DNA from: Minisyncoccota bacterium
GTDB lineage: Bacteria > Patescibacteriota > Minisyncoccia > Phycocordibacterales > PALSA-1337
Length of the DNA: 64,000 nucleotides
NCBI GenBank assembly: GCA_041665385.1
Contig: JBAYIX010000003.1
Span: 13,128 to 77,127 of the forward strand
Direction: 5' to 3'
Shown piece by piece: positions 1 through 7,992 of this stretch (positions within the stretch are counted from its first letter, which is position 1; every line of letters begins with the position of its first letter). The notes beneath the pieces are model-generated. The model was given only the letters and a program-made list of their open reading frames with translations. It ran no database searches and was not told the DNA's origin. The position numbers and the translations under genes are program-made.

Positions 1-214
1 TTATGGGTGCATTGGGATTGCCATATATGTGATCTTTCGTAGTTATTTCTCGCATGTTCATCTCGCCTCGCTTGGCATTTTCGAGAGCTGCGGCGCTACT
101 CGGTCCGTTACTGCTTACTGGTTGTTTGACCCAGATGATAGCTACGGCTATTATGGCGCCTGCAATAATGATAGCTCCGGGTAATGTGATAGCGGATGTT
201 TTTTGTTTTTCCAT
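1..214 (-). CDS. DsbA-family thioredoxin-domain protein (N-terminal part; gene runs off the window edge)
   Basis: Minus-strand ATG at 214..212, then MEKQKTSAITLPGAIIIAGAIIAVAIIW (signal/TM) ... KDHIYGNPNAPI, a typical lead-in to the DsbA/BdbD CxxC region. The frame stays open to position 1. The + strand ORF 54..242 is its antisense shadow. Confidence 0.5.
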   Translation of the reverse strand, partial: MEKQKTSAITLPGAIIIAGAIIAVAIIWVKQPVSSNGPSSAAALENAKRGEMNMREITTKDHIYGNPNAPI

Positions 215-238
215 AAGTTCATTATATTCTAAGCAAAG

Positions 239-814
239 CTAAAAAGGTAGCGTATATGTGATGGCACTCGATGCGGGCATCTCCCATCCCGAGATCTTTA
301 GGGGTACTTCCTTGAGTATGCCGCTGTCTATATATTTCAAGTGTTTGTTTGCGACGGCATAGTCGTAGAGTTCCTTGGTAATGCGCACATCGTCTATGCA
401 GTACTTGATCAACTTGTCGATCTCGCCATTGTTCCACCACTCTATGGCATCGAGGCCGTGTCCGCTCTTGTTCATCCCTAAGGTTGCGGAGGCTACACTG
501 TCGAGCTTCAGGCGTCTGCCCATGGAGAGTTGCACTTCTTTCATCAGGTCTATGCTTTTTATTCGACTTAGATCACCAGGATAGTATTTGTTTAGAAGAG
601 GTATGTCGAAATGGTCGCCATTCCAGGTGATGAAAATGTCGGCTTGTTCGAGAATGGGCCAGAGGTCCTTGAAGTCGGACTCTAGGAAACTCTTGTATTC
701 GTTCGTGAAGGAGTCGTGTATGCAGACTACGGAGACATCTAGGTCTGTAGGGTCATTGGATCCGACATCCGAAAAAATATTCTTGGTCTCCAAGTCAAAG
801 GTGATCCTTCTCAT
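239..814 (-). CDS. predicted 3'-5' exonuclease, RNase H-like fold (PolB-exonuclease-like/DEDD type)
   Basis: 191 aa with FDLETKN, WNGDHFDIPLL and YCIDDV motifs, resembling Exo I/II/III acidic motifs of DEDD exonucleases. Confidence 0.5.
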   Translation of the reverse strand: MRRITFDLETKNIFSDVGSNDPTDLDVSVVCIHDSFTNEYKSFLESDFKDLWPILEQADIFITWNGDHFDIPLLNKYYPGDLSRIKSIDLMKEVQLSMGRRLKLDSVASATLGMNKSGHGLDAIEWWNNGEIDKLIKYCIDDVRITKELYDYAVANKHLKYIDSGILKEVPLKISGWEMPASSAITYTLPF

Positions 815-965
815 TTGTTTATCTAATGGCAGATGCGAGACCGTCTGCGTCCATCTCGTTTTCGGTGCCAGTCTTTAGGTTTTTTAATTTGTATTTTCCG
901 GACCTGGTTTTGTAAAGTTCGGTCGAGATTCTGTTTGCTTTTGCGGACATGGATTGATTGTAACA

Positions 966-1006
966 AATAAAGAAAAAACCCGCCAAGCTCAGAGTGAGTT
1001 GGCGGG
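966..1006 (-). terminator. Rho-independent terminator (minus strand)
   Basis: 8-bp GC stem CCCGCCAA/TTGGCGGG (979-986 / 999-1006) with a 12-nt loop. On the minus strand it is followed by a T-run (A6 at 972-978 on +). Confidence 0.55.
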
Positions 1007-1380
1007 TGCATAGAAAACAGCGAAGTGGCAGTCGGATTAGGGTGCAGTTTGAGAATGTTCAGGTTGACGGTTCACGGCGCCGCTGAAGTGACGGGCGAGG
1101 ACACGATCGTTTGTGGTTCCACCGATCAGTTGGCCTTGAGGTGATACTCTCCAAGTTTTCGCTTGGAGCGGTCGCAACACTCTGGCGCCGGGACTGGTAC
1201 TGAGAGGTGCCGGAGTGTGGTCCTTCATCGGATCGACGTCGTGAGGGAGCGGGGTGAGAAACACTTTCTTTTGCTTTCCTTGCATATAGGACTCGGTTTT
1301 GTTGTGTTGAAACACAGCTATGCGGTCCGTTCACGGTGATAACGGAAGGAACTGTGCTGGGAAAAAGAGTACCATGGTTA
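1007..1380 (-). ncRNA. GC-rich structured non-coding segment; candidate ncRNA, identity unresolved (RNase P RNA size class)
   Basis: About 55% GC in an AT-rich genome. Only two overlapping, Pro/Arg/Ser-rich junk ORFs on the minus strand. Several local hairpins, including CCAAG-CGAAAA-CTTGG. Co-oriented terminator at 966-1006. No conserved RNase P P4 sequence could be confirmed by eye. Confidence 0.2.
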
Positions 1381-1417
1381 TGGTTTTAACGCAAGAGTTT
1401 GAATATCTGGTTTTATT

Positions 1418-1457
1418 TTATCACTTCTTGATCACAATTTTATCATTTCTTTATCAG
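1418..1457. promoter_or_regulatory. four T(T/G)ATCA repeats phased at exactly 11 bp upstream of pilB
   Basis: ttatcac 1418, tgatcac 1429, ttatcat 1440, ttatcag 1451. The related TTATCAG/TGATAA motif recurs upstream of pilA (5651-5689). Confidence 0.4.
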
Positions 1458-1492
1458 AAATTCATAAATAATTCATAGGCATTTGCTACGCT

Positions 1493-2644
1493 TTGCTCAT
1501 GAATGAAACAACAGCATTTGCACCCAATCATGATATTGAGACCAGTTTATTTCCAGGTACTGAATTATCCGCAGTCGAGACTCTGAACGGCATATTTTCT
1601 CATGCGGTCTTTTTGAGAGCATCGGATGTACATATAGATCCGCGAGAGGCAGATCTTTTCATCCGTGTGAGAATTGACGGTTCACTTCAGGAAGCCGGCA
1701 CGTTACCAAAGACTCTTCACGGTGAGATTATTTCTCGGCTAAAGATTCTGAGCGGGGCAAGAACAGATATTCATTTTGAGCCGCAGGACGGCAGGTGGAG
1801 GGAGAAAATCGGTGGCAAAGACTACAATCTTCGCATTTCATTCATGCCCACTTATCACGGAGAGAATGCTGTCATAAGGTTCTTGCCAGCCAAAACTTTG
1901 GAACACGCCTCTTTTGCAAAGTTGGGTTTCACTCCCGACCATGCTCGAGTCATAGACTCGGCACTAAAGAAACCAAACGGACTGATTCTAATTACGGGTC
2001 CGACCGGCTCGGGAAAGACCACGACGATTCACGCATTCTTGGCTTTGAAATCAAAAGAACCGATATCGATAATCACTCTCGAAGATCCTGTCGAATACGA
2101 AATAAGCGGAGTCCGACAAGTTCATATTCGGCATTCACACGGCGTAACTTTTGCTTCCGGTTTGCGTGCCGCTCTGCGGCAGGATCCAAATGTGATTATG
2201 GTCGGCGAGATCCGAGACAGCGAAACTGCAAAAGTAGCAATTCATACCGCTCTTACCGGCCACTTGGTTTTGTCGACTCTCCATACAAATTCTGCCCTGG
2301 AAGCGATACCGCGGCTCGTCGATATGGGTGTGGATCATTTCCTCCTGGCCTCGACGATGCGCCTCATCATCGCTCAGCGACTTGTAAGGACGATATGCGA
2401 GCAGTGTCTCGGTTCCGGATGCTTCTCGTGCAGAAGTTCAGGTTATGCCGGACGTTCGGTGATAGCAGAGGCTTGTGAAGTCGATGCAGGTCTCCGTGAA
2501 ATGATAGAGAAAAAGGAGACACTTGCGACTTGTACGGAATATGCCCGTAAGAGGGGCTTTCGGCCCATGCATGAAGATGGAACAGAAAAAGTCGATTGGG
2601 GAGTGACCACAAGGGAAGAAGTTTTGAGAGTCTTGTACACATAA
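1493..2644 (+). CDS. pilB: type IV pilus assembly ATPase (GspE/PilB family, short form)
   Basis: Walker A GPTGSGKTTT, Asp and His boxes, and the tetracysteine motif CEQCLGSGCFSC typical of assembly (not retraction) ATPases. Only 383 aa; the N1 domain is absent. Confidence 0.85.
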   Translation: MLMNETTAFAPNHDIETSLFPGTELSAVETLNGIFSHAVFLRASDVHIDPREADLFIRVRIDGSLQEAGTLPKTLHGEIISRLKILSGARTDIHFEPQDGRWREKIGGKDYNLRISFMPTYHGENAVIRFLPAKTLEHASFAKLGFTPDHARVIDSALKKPNGLILITGPTGSGKTTTIHAFLALKSKEPISIITLEDPVEYEISGVRQVHIRHSHGVTFASGLRAALRQDPNVIMVGEIRDSETAKVAIHTALTGHLVLSTLHTNSALEAIPRLVDMGVDHFLLASTMRLIIAQRLVRTICEQCLGSGCFSCRSSGYAGRSVIAEACEVDAGLREMIEKKETLATCTEYARKRGFRPMHEDGTEKVDWGVTTREEVLRVLYT

Positions 2645-2645
2645 C

Positions 2646-3710
2646 ATGAGTAAAATTTTTAAAATAAAAAAAGCTCGCTTTTCCCGAAAAGAGATGATCA
2701 TCTTTTTGGAGCGTTTGGAATTGTATCTTTCTTCGGGACTGTCAATAAATAAGGCTATAGAAATAATGGCAGAGGGTGTGTCAAAAAAAAGATTGGTAAC
2801 CACGTTGTTGCTTTTGGAACATATTGAGTCTGGCAACACTTTATCTGGCTCTCTTGCAAATACCATTCACTTGCCACCGGCAATATTGGGTCTGATACGG
2901 AATGGTGAATCTGTAGGCAAATTGCCAAAAGCGCTCAGCTTTTCTCGTGATCTTATCGAAAGGGAAGATGAACTTATAAAAAAGTGTTTTTCGGCAATGA
3001 CCTATCCTGTCGTCATAGGCTTTTTCGCTTTTATCCTAACTATCGGGCTTATGAAAGGCGTTATGCCCCAGATAATGCCTATGCTCAAAAGTCTCAATGT
3101 AGAGTTGCCGTTGCTCACCCGATTGGTCATGTTTGTTTCGGATTGTATAAGCAGTTACGGTCTTTTGGTCTTGGTCGGTGGGATAATATTGTGCTCTATT
3201 TACATGTATAGCTATTCAAAAATAATAAAAGTTCGTTTTATTTCGCACGCTATCTTGCTGCGTATCCCGATCATTGGAAAAATAATGCATTTGTACACGG
3301 TGTCGCTGTTTATGAGATCGATGGGATCCTTGGTGGAATCTGGACTGCCAGCTGTTTCCGCATATGAAAGTACGGCATCAGCTATTTCTATCCTACCAAT
3401 CCGGAAAGCTTTCGAATCGGAGTCAGACAAAATAAAAAATGGTGTAAGTATAAGCTTTGCTATAACCAAAATAAACAGGGTGCCAAGTTTTGTACCATCA
3501 CTAGTCAAGGCTGGAGAAATGACAGGTTCGCTCGGAGCGTCACTTTCTCGGTGTTCTCTAATCATAGACAAGGATATTGAATATGCGCTCAAGAAATCCA
3601 CGGTATTGATCGAGCCTGTCATGATGGTGGGAATGGGTACTGTGATAGGCGGTATCGCTTTGTCTATTATTATGCCGATATATGACGTTTCAAAGGTCCT
3701 ACAACACTAA
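2646..3710 (+). CDS. pilC: type IV pilus platform protein (GspF/PilC family)
   Basis: Two T2SS-F-like repeats and multiple TM helices. Immediately downstream of pilB. Confidence 0.8.
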   Translation: MSKIFKIKKARFSRKEMIIFLERLELYLSSGLSINKAIEIMAEGVSKKRLVTTLLLLEHIESGNTLSGSLANTIHLPPAILGLIRNGESVGKLPKALSFSRDLIEREDELIKKCFSAMTYPVVIGFFAFILTIGLMKGVMPQIMPMLKSLNVELPLLTRLVMFVSDCISSYGLLVLVGGIILCSIYMYSYSKIIKVRFISHAILLRIPIIGKIMHLYTVSLFMRSMGSLVESGLPAVSAYESTASAISILPIRKAFESESDKIKNGVSISFAITKINRVPSFVPSLVKAGEMTGSLGASLSRCSLIIDKDIEYALKKSTVLIEPVMMVGMGTVIGGIALSIIMPIYDVSKVLQH

Positions 3711-5112
3711 TATTTTGTCAAAAAAGAACAATCAAAAAGGTATAATTTTGATAGACATTTTGATGGCACTATCTTTGGCTGCTCTAGTTCTCATCTCACT
3801 CGGTATTATTACAGAAAATGCGCATAGTGTTTTTGTGCGGGCAAAGGAAAGGAATAAACTATTGGATGAATATCGAAACAGCAGTTCGATAGTCTATGTT
3901 TCGAAAAGAAAATACGGAAATAATCTGATGGAAAGTCAGATAAGTGTTTCGAATGCTTCTGGTACCGATAGTACCTCACGTTTCATTCAATTGGTAAATT
4001 TTACTTCTGTTAACAGTTTGGAATCCTCCCAGAATGCGGATCTATCAGGGTCACCTCTATGTACACCCGACTTTTTTCGCTCAAATGTCGTCGGTTCGTA
4101 TCAGCGAGAGGGTTCATATATTCCCCTGATTCGCGAGATAGTTTTGCCTGTGATTCCTGGCATACCACTCACAGACCTTGAAGTCAGAAATTCTGTGGCA
4201 TACATTTCTGCAGATTCCTCGTCTGCGTCCGATCCGGACTTGTATATTTTTGATCTGAAAGGCGGAGGAAATCCTACTTTGTTATCTTCTATAAATACAG
4301 GTCCAGGAATATCCTCTTTTGTAATATCCGGCAAAAGAGTATATGCGGCGGCACGTAGCACGGCGGCGGAGCTTCATATTATTCGCTTAGACAGCCTAAC
4401 AAGTCCGACATTGGAAAATAAATACCGATTACTGTTACCTTATGCTACAGCCACAGCCCCTTTTGGGAGCTCGATATTTATAAACAATAAGTACATATTT
4501 ATTGGTACGGAAAAATGGGATGGCGAAGAATTTGCGGTGCTCGATGTCCAAAATTCCATAAATATAACCAAACTATCCGGTTGGGAAACGAATAGCAAGA
4601 TAAACAGCGTATATTATTCTGACGGCTTTATCTACCTTGCCAGTTCGGATCAGAAACAACTCCGAGTTTTGAAGATTGATGAACAAAGGAATATCACTGA
4701 GGTTGGCAGTTTTTCCCCGAGTGGTTGGCAAAGGCAAGAAGGTAAAAACGTATCTATATTCGAAGACGGTGTGTCTTTTACTCGCACATCCGGCGGTTTC
4801 GATTTGGTTTCGGACCATGAACTATTTAGCTTCGCTTCTACCTCCAGTACAACGCTTTCTTTTCCGGTAAGCATCAATATTCCAGGTGGAGTCTACGGAG
4901 CTGTACAAGATCGCTACAATACATATGCCTCGACTCGAGATATAAACCGTGAGTTTCGGATATTCCGGTCCTTGCCGTCAGAAGGTTCACAATTTGCTTC
5001 TAGTACGTCATATTCCTTGCCCATTGCGCCGCAGTCAATGACTTGTGACAACGACAAAATTTATATTCTTTCTCACTCTTCACCCACGATATATGAAATC
5101 ACTTTCCAATAG
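3682..5112 (+). CDS. large prepilin-like protein (pseudopilin/pilus-associated, 476 aa)
   Basis: N-terminus KKNNQKG|IILIDILMALSLAALVLISLGII is a class III signal with Asp at +5. Long Ser/Thr-rich C-terminal region, possibly beta-propeller-like. Confidence 0.5.
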   Translation: MTFQRSYNTNILSKKNNQKGIILIDILMALSLAALVLISLGIITENAHSVFVRAKERNKLLDEYRNSSSIVYVSKRKYGNNLMESQISVSNASGTDSTSRFIQLVNFTSVNSLESSQNADLSGSPLCTPDFFRSNVVGSYQREGSYIPLIREIVLPVIPGIPLTDLEVRNSVAYISADSSSASDPDLYIFDLKGGGNPTLLSSINTGPGISSFVISGKRVYAAARSTAAELHIIRLDSLTSPTLENKYRLLLPYATATAPFGSSIFINNKYIFIGTEKWDGEEFAVLDVQNSINITKLSGWETNSKINSVYYSDGFIYLASSDQKQLRVLKIDEQRNITEVGSFSPSGWQRQEGKNVSIFEDGVSFTRTSGGFDLVSDHELFSFASTSSTTLSFPVSINIPGGVYGAVQDRYNTYASTRDINREFRIFRSLPSEGSQFASSTSYSLPIAPQSMTCDNDKIYILSHSSPTIYEITFQ

Positions 5113-5260
5113 GGGTATGACAATAATCGAAGTTGTAATCTATGTAGTTTTGCTGTCCTTACTTTTGGCTGGAACGCTCCGGTTTTGTTATGACACGTAT
5201 TTGAGCAATATTCGGCTAAATAATGAAATAGAAAATGAATATAATCAAAGCATCAAATAA
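5093..5260 (+). CDS. minimal prepilin-like protein (55 aa)
   Basis: MKSLSNRG|MTIIEVVIYVVLLSLLLAG is a canonical G|xTxIE prepilin signal. The start was reset to the in-frame ATG at 5093 within ORF 5045..5260. Confidence 0.45.
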   Translation: MKSLSNRGMTIIEVVIYVVLLSLLLAGTLRFCYDTYLSNIRLNNEIENEYNQSIK

Positions 5261-5615
5261 TATCCACGGTTTAAATAATTGTAGAGAAAAAGGTTTTAGT
5301 GCGCTGATAGCCGTCGTTCTGCTTGCTTCCGGAGCAATGGCATTTTCTATTGCCACACTAGGTTCGGCTATGACTTTTGCTGACCTAGTAAACAAACGCG
5401 AATTTCGTATCCAAGCAGGACTAAACGCACGAGCTTGCCTGGATACGATCAGGATTATGGCTCTAAAAGATTATTTTTTGAATGGAACACTGAATCTCAG
5501 AGAATTTGGCTGCGTAGCAAATGTTACAAACAATAACAGAGGTGTTTTGGAGGCTAGTCTCGTTTCTAAGTTTAACAATGTATCAGCATATATCAATTCT
5601 GAAATTATTATCTAA
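5235..5615 (+). CDS. prepilin-like protein (126 aa)
   Basis: REKG|FSALIAVVLLASGAMAF is a pilin-like N-terminal helix with Ile at +5. Confidence 0.4.
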   Translation: MNIIKASNNIHGLNNCREKGFSALIAVVLLASGAMAFSIATLGSAMTFADLVNKREFRIQAGLNARACLDTIRIMALKDYFLNGTLNLREFGCVANVTNNNRGVLEASLVSKFNNVSAYINSEIII

Positions 5616-5725
5616 CTTTATTATTATTTGAACATAAATTTATTACTTTTTTATCAGATTTTCACAGATTCTTCATTTGAGCCTGATAAACTTTATTCAT
5701 TATTAAAAGTAATTATTTTATAAAA

Positions 5726-6211
5726 ATGATAAGAAAAAATAAGAAGCGCGGGTTTACATTGATCGAGATCCTGGTGGTGATCGGTATTATAGCTATCTTG
5801 GCTGCTGTTGTTCTCGTCGCAGTCAATCCTTCTAGAATGTTCAAAATGGCGCGAGATTCGCAAAGAACCAGCAATGTTAACGCAATATTGAATGCCGTGA
5901 GCCAAAATATTGCTGAACACAAGGGAAAGTTTATCTGTGTCGGAGAGGACTTCCAGCTGCCGACAGACTCGGTGACAATTGTGAGAAATAAAACAAGCAG
6001 CGATACTTTACTTATATATCCGGGTGATATTGCAAAATGTCTTGTTCCTGATTACATATCATCATTACCTTTTGATCCTTCAAAAGTCGGTACACATTAT
6101 ACTGACCCGACAGATTACGATACTGGATATTTCATCGGGATAGATGCCACTGGCAGAATAACAGCAAGTTCCACAGGGGAATTGGTGGCCTCAATAGTCG
6201 TCACAAGGTAA
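5726..6211 (+). CDS. pilA: type IV pilin (major pilin candidate)
   Basis: KKRG|FTLIEILVVIGIIAILAAVVLVAV is a classic class III signal with Glu5. 161 aa. Confidence 0.8.
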   Translation: MIRKNKKRGFTLIEILVVIGIIAILAAVVLVAVNPSRMFKMARDSQRTSNVNAILNAVSQNIAEHKGKFICVGEDFQLPTDSVTIVRNKTSSDTLLIYPGDIAKCLVPDYISSLPFDPSKVGTHYTDPTDYDTGYFIGIDATGRITASSTGELVASIVVTR

Positions 6212-6238
6212 GTCCAAATATGATGCTATAATGACCAG

Positions 6239-7249
6239 GTGTCTTCAAGAAGATATCTCACAATCCTGGGAACTGTGGCCGGAGCTCTGGTGTTCGCCGC
6301 AGCATTCCTGCGTTTCTCCCTGCCTCCGACTGTAGCGTCGGATAGTATGTCGGTAGGGCAGAACGCTACGGTAGCAGATGCTGACCCAAGTTTCTTTGAC
6401 TGGAGTCGGTTGGACGGAGATGTTGCTACCTCTACCAAAACTGACAGTTTATCTTCCATAGAAGATGTTATCATCGGTTCCATATCGAATTTACCGAGGA
6501 AGCCTCCTGTTAAGAAACTTGGAGTGACTGCTCGGGCATATCTCATCGGCAACATAGCTTCCGGTAAAGTCTTCTTGTCCACAAACGCTAATGTATCTCT
6601 ACCAGTAGCCTCAATGTCGAAACTTGTTACCGCTTTAATTGTTCTTTACTCCTTGCCTGCCACATCCACGATAGAGATAACCCAAGAGATCATGGACAAG
6701 CTACCTGCTGAAAATAATTTTACTGCCGGGGATAAATATACTGCGAAAGAATTGCTGTATCCCATGCTTCTCACATCTTCCAATATAGCCGCCGAAGCGC
6801 TGGCTTCTGCGACAAATAGGGCTAAGTTCCTGGAGCTCATGTCCGGCTATGCCTGGGAGATCGGCATGCCGGAAACGTATTTTGCGGACCCATCGGGTAT
6901 CAGTCCTCAAAATACTGCTTCCGCAAATAATATATTTGCGCTTGCTAGATACCTTTATAACTTCCATCCGGATGTTCTGGCCATGACGCGTGTGAGCCAA
7001 ATGTTAGTGCCTGCCACGGCAGAGCATATAGAAAGAATATTTCCGAGTATTCATCCCTTCGTCGACGATCCGCGTTTCATAGGTGGCAAGACAGGTCGTA
7101 CTCCCCAGGCAAAGGAGACTATGCTTACTATGTTGAACATAAACGATCAGCCCATAGCTTTTGTGGTTATGGGCTCAGAAGTGGGCATGCGCGAAGCTGA
7201 TACGAGGACTCTTATATCGGAATATCTTAGGATCCAAGCCAATCTCTGA
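6239..7249 (+). CDS. D-alanyl-D-alanine carboxypeptidase (S11, PBP5/6-like)
   Basis: SxxK (SMSKL), SxN (SSN) and KTG (KTGRT) motifs. N-terminal TM anchor. GTG start. Confidence 0.8.
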   Translation: MSSRRYLTILGTVAGALVFAAAFLRFSLPPTVASDSMSVGQNATVADADPSFFDWSRLDGDVATSTKTDSLSSIEDVIIGSISNLPRKPPVKKLGVTARAYLIGNIASGKVFLSTNANVSLPVASMSKLVTALIVLYSLPATSTIEITQEIMDKLPAENNFTAGDKYTAKELLYPMLLTSSNIAAEALASATNRAKFLELMSGYAWEIGMPETYFADPSGISPQNTASANNIFALARYLYNFHPDVLAMTRVSQMLVPATAEHIERIFPSIHPFVDDPRFIGGKTGRTPQAKETMLTMLNINDQPIAFVVMGSEVGMREADTRTLISEYLRIQANL

Positions 7250-7982
7250 TCATAGTCTTTACTTCTTCCGGTCCGCTAACTTGGATACAATCTACGCCAG
7301 ATGCGCGCGCAGGAAAGTCGTTGCCACCTGGGAAGAGAGCGTCGCCTATGAATAGGATTTTATCCTTCTCAATATTCAAAAATTCTTCTAGTTTGCGTAT
7401 GCCGTAACTCTTGTTTACTCCTCGTCGGGTAATATCTATAGATGTCGTGCCACCGATACGTGTCTCGAACATTGGGATCTTGTCTTGCAATATGGCGACT
7501 ATCTTCTCACGTTTCTTTCTGTCGGGGTCCCAGGTAGTCTTGGCCGTGAGAGGAGCGTTTTGTCCCAAAGCAGAAAATGTTATCTGCGATTTGCGGTCTT
7601 CAATCTGTTCACCATATATCTGTGATGCGTCGCTGTGCCCAGACATCTTTAGTGAAGCAGATAGTGCCGATAAAATCTTTTCTTTTTCCTGTGCCGTCAG
7701 GTCTTCTGCATATTCCATGTGCCAGTCGCCTTTCCATGAATATAAACGAGTACCTGAAGTTGGTAAAAGGAACATGTTTGTATATCCGGCCGCGTCTATC
7801 GGTAAGGCGGATAAAAATTGGTATTGAAATTGTTGGTAGCTCCCGCCTGACATAACGGCAACTTTCTTGGATTTGAGGAGGTTGACAAGGAGTTCCGCCA
7901 TATCTGGCTCCAAAAAAGACTTGCTCGGCGCCAACGTGCCGTCTAGGTCAAATACTATGAGATCATACTTGGGTAATGGCAT
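7227..7982 (-). CDS. phosphomannomutase, eukaryotic type (HAD-IIB, PMM family)
   Basis: FDLDGTL at the N-terminus, VAVMSGGSYQQ, and the PGGNDF signature (IGDALFPGGNDFPA) shared with PMM1/PMM2. 251 aa. Confidence 0.7.
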   Translation of the reverse strand: MPLPKYDLIVFDLDGTLAPSKSFLEPDMAELLVNLLKSKKVAVMSGGSYQQFQYQFLSALPIDAAGYTNMFLLPTSGTRLYSWKGDWHMEYAEDLTAQEKEKILSALSASLKMSGHSDASQIYGEQIEDRKSQITFSALGQNAPLTAKTTWDPDRKKREKIVAILQDKIPMFETRIGGTTSIDITRRGVNKSYGIRKLEEFLNIEKDKILFIGDALFPGGNDFPARASGVDCIQVSGPEEVKTMIRDWLGS

Positions 7983-7992
7983 ATGAATGTTA

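Noticed and set aside
54-242. 62-aa + strand ORF at the window start
   Set aside because: It lies antisense to a much more convincing minus-strand DsbA-like reading frame (1-214). Hydrophobic only because it mirrors the TM segment.
1037-1334. Two overlapping minus-strand ORFs (92 and 91 aa)
   Set aside because: They are two frames of the same GC-rich stretch with Pro/Arg/Ser-rich low-complexity translations. More likely a structured RNA or non-coding region.
1795-2478. 227-aa alternate-frame ORF inside pilB
   Set aside because: Entirely nested in the well-supported PilB frame. Arg/Ser-rich junk.
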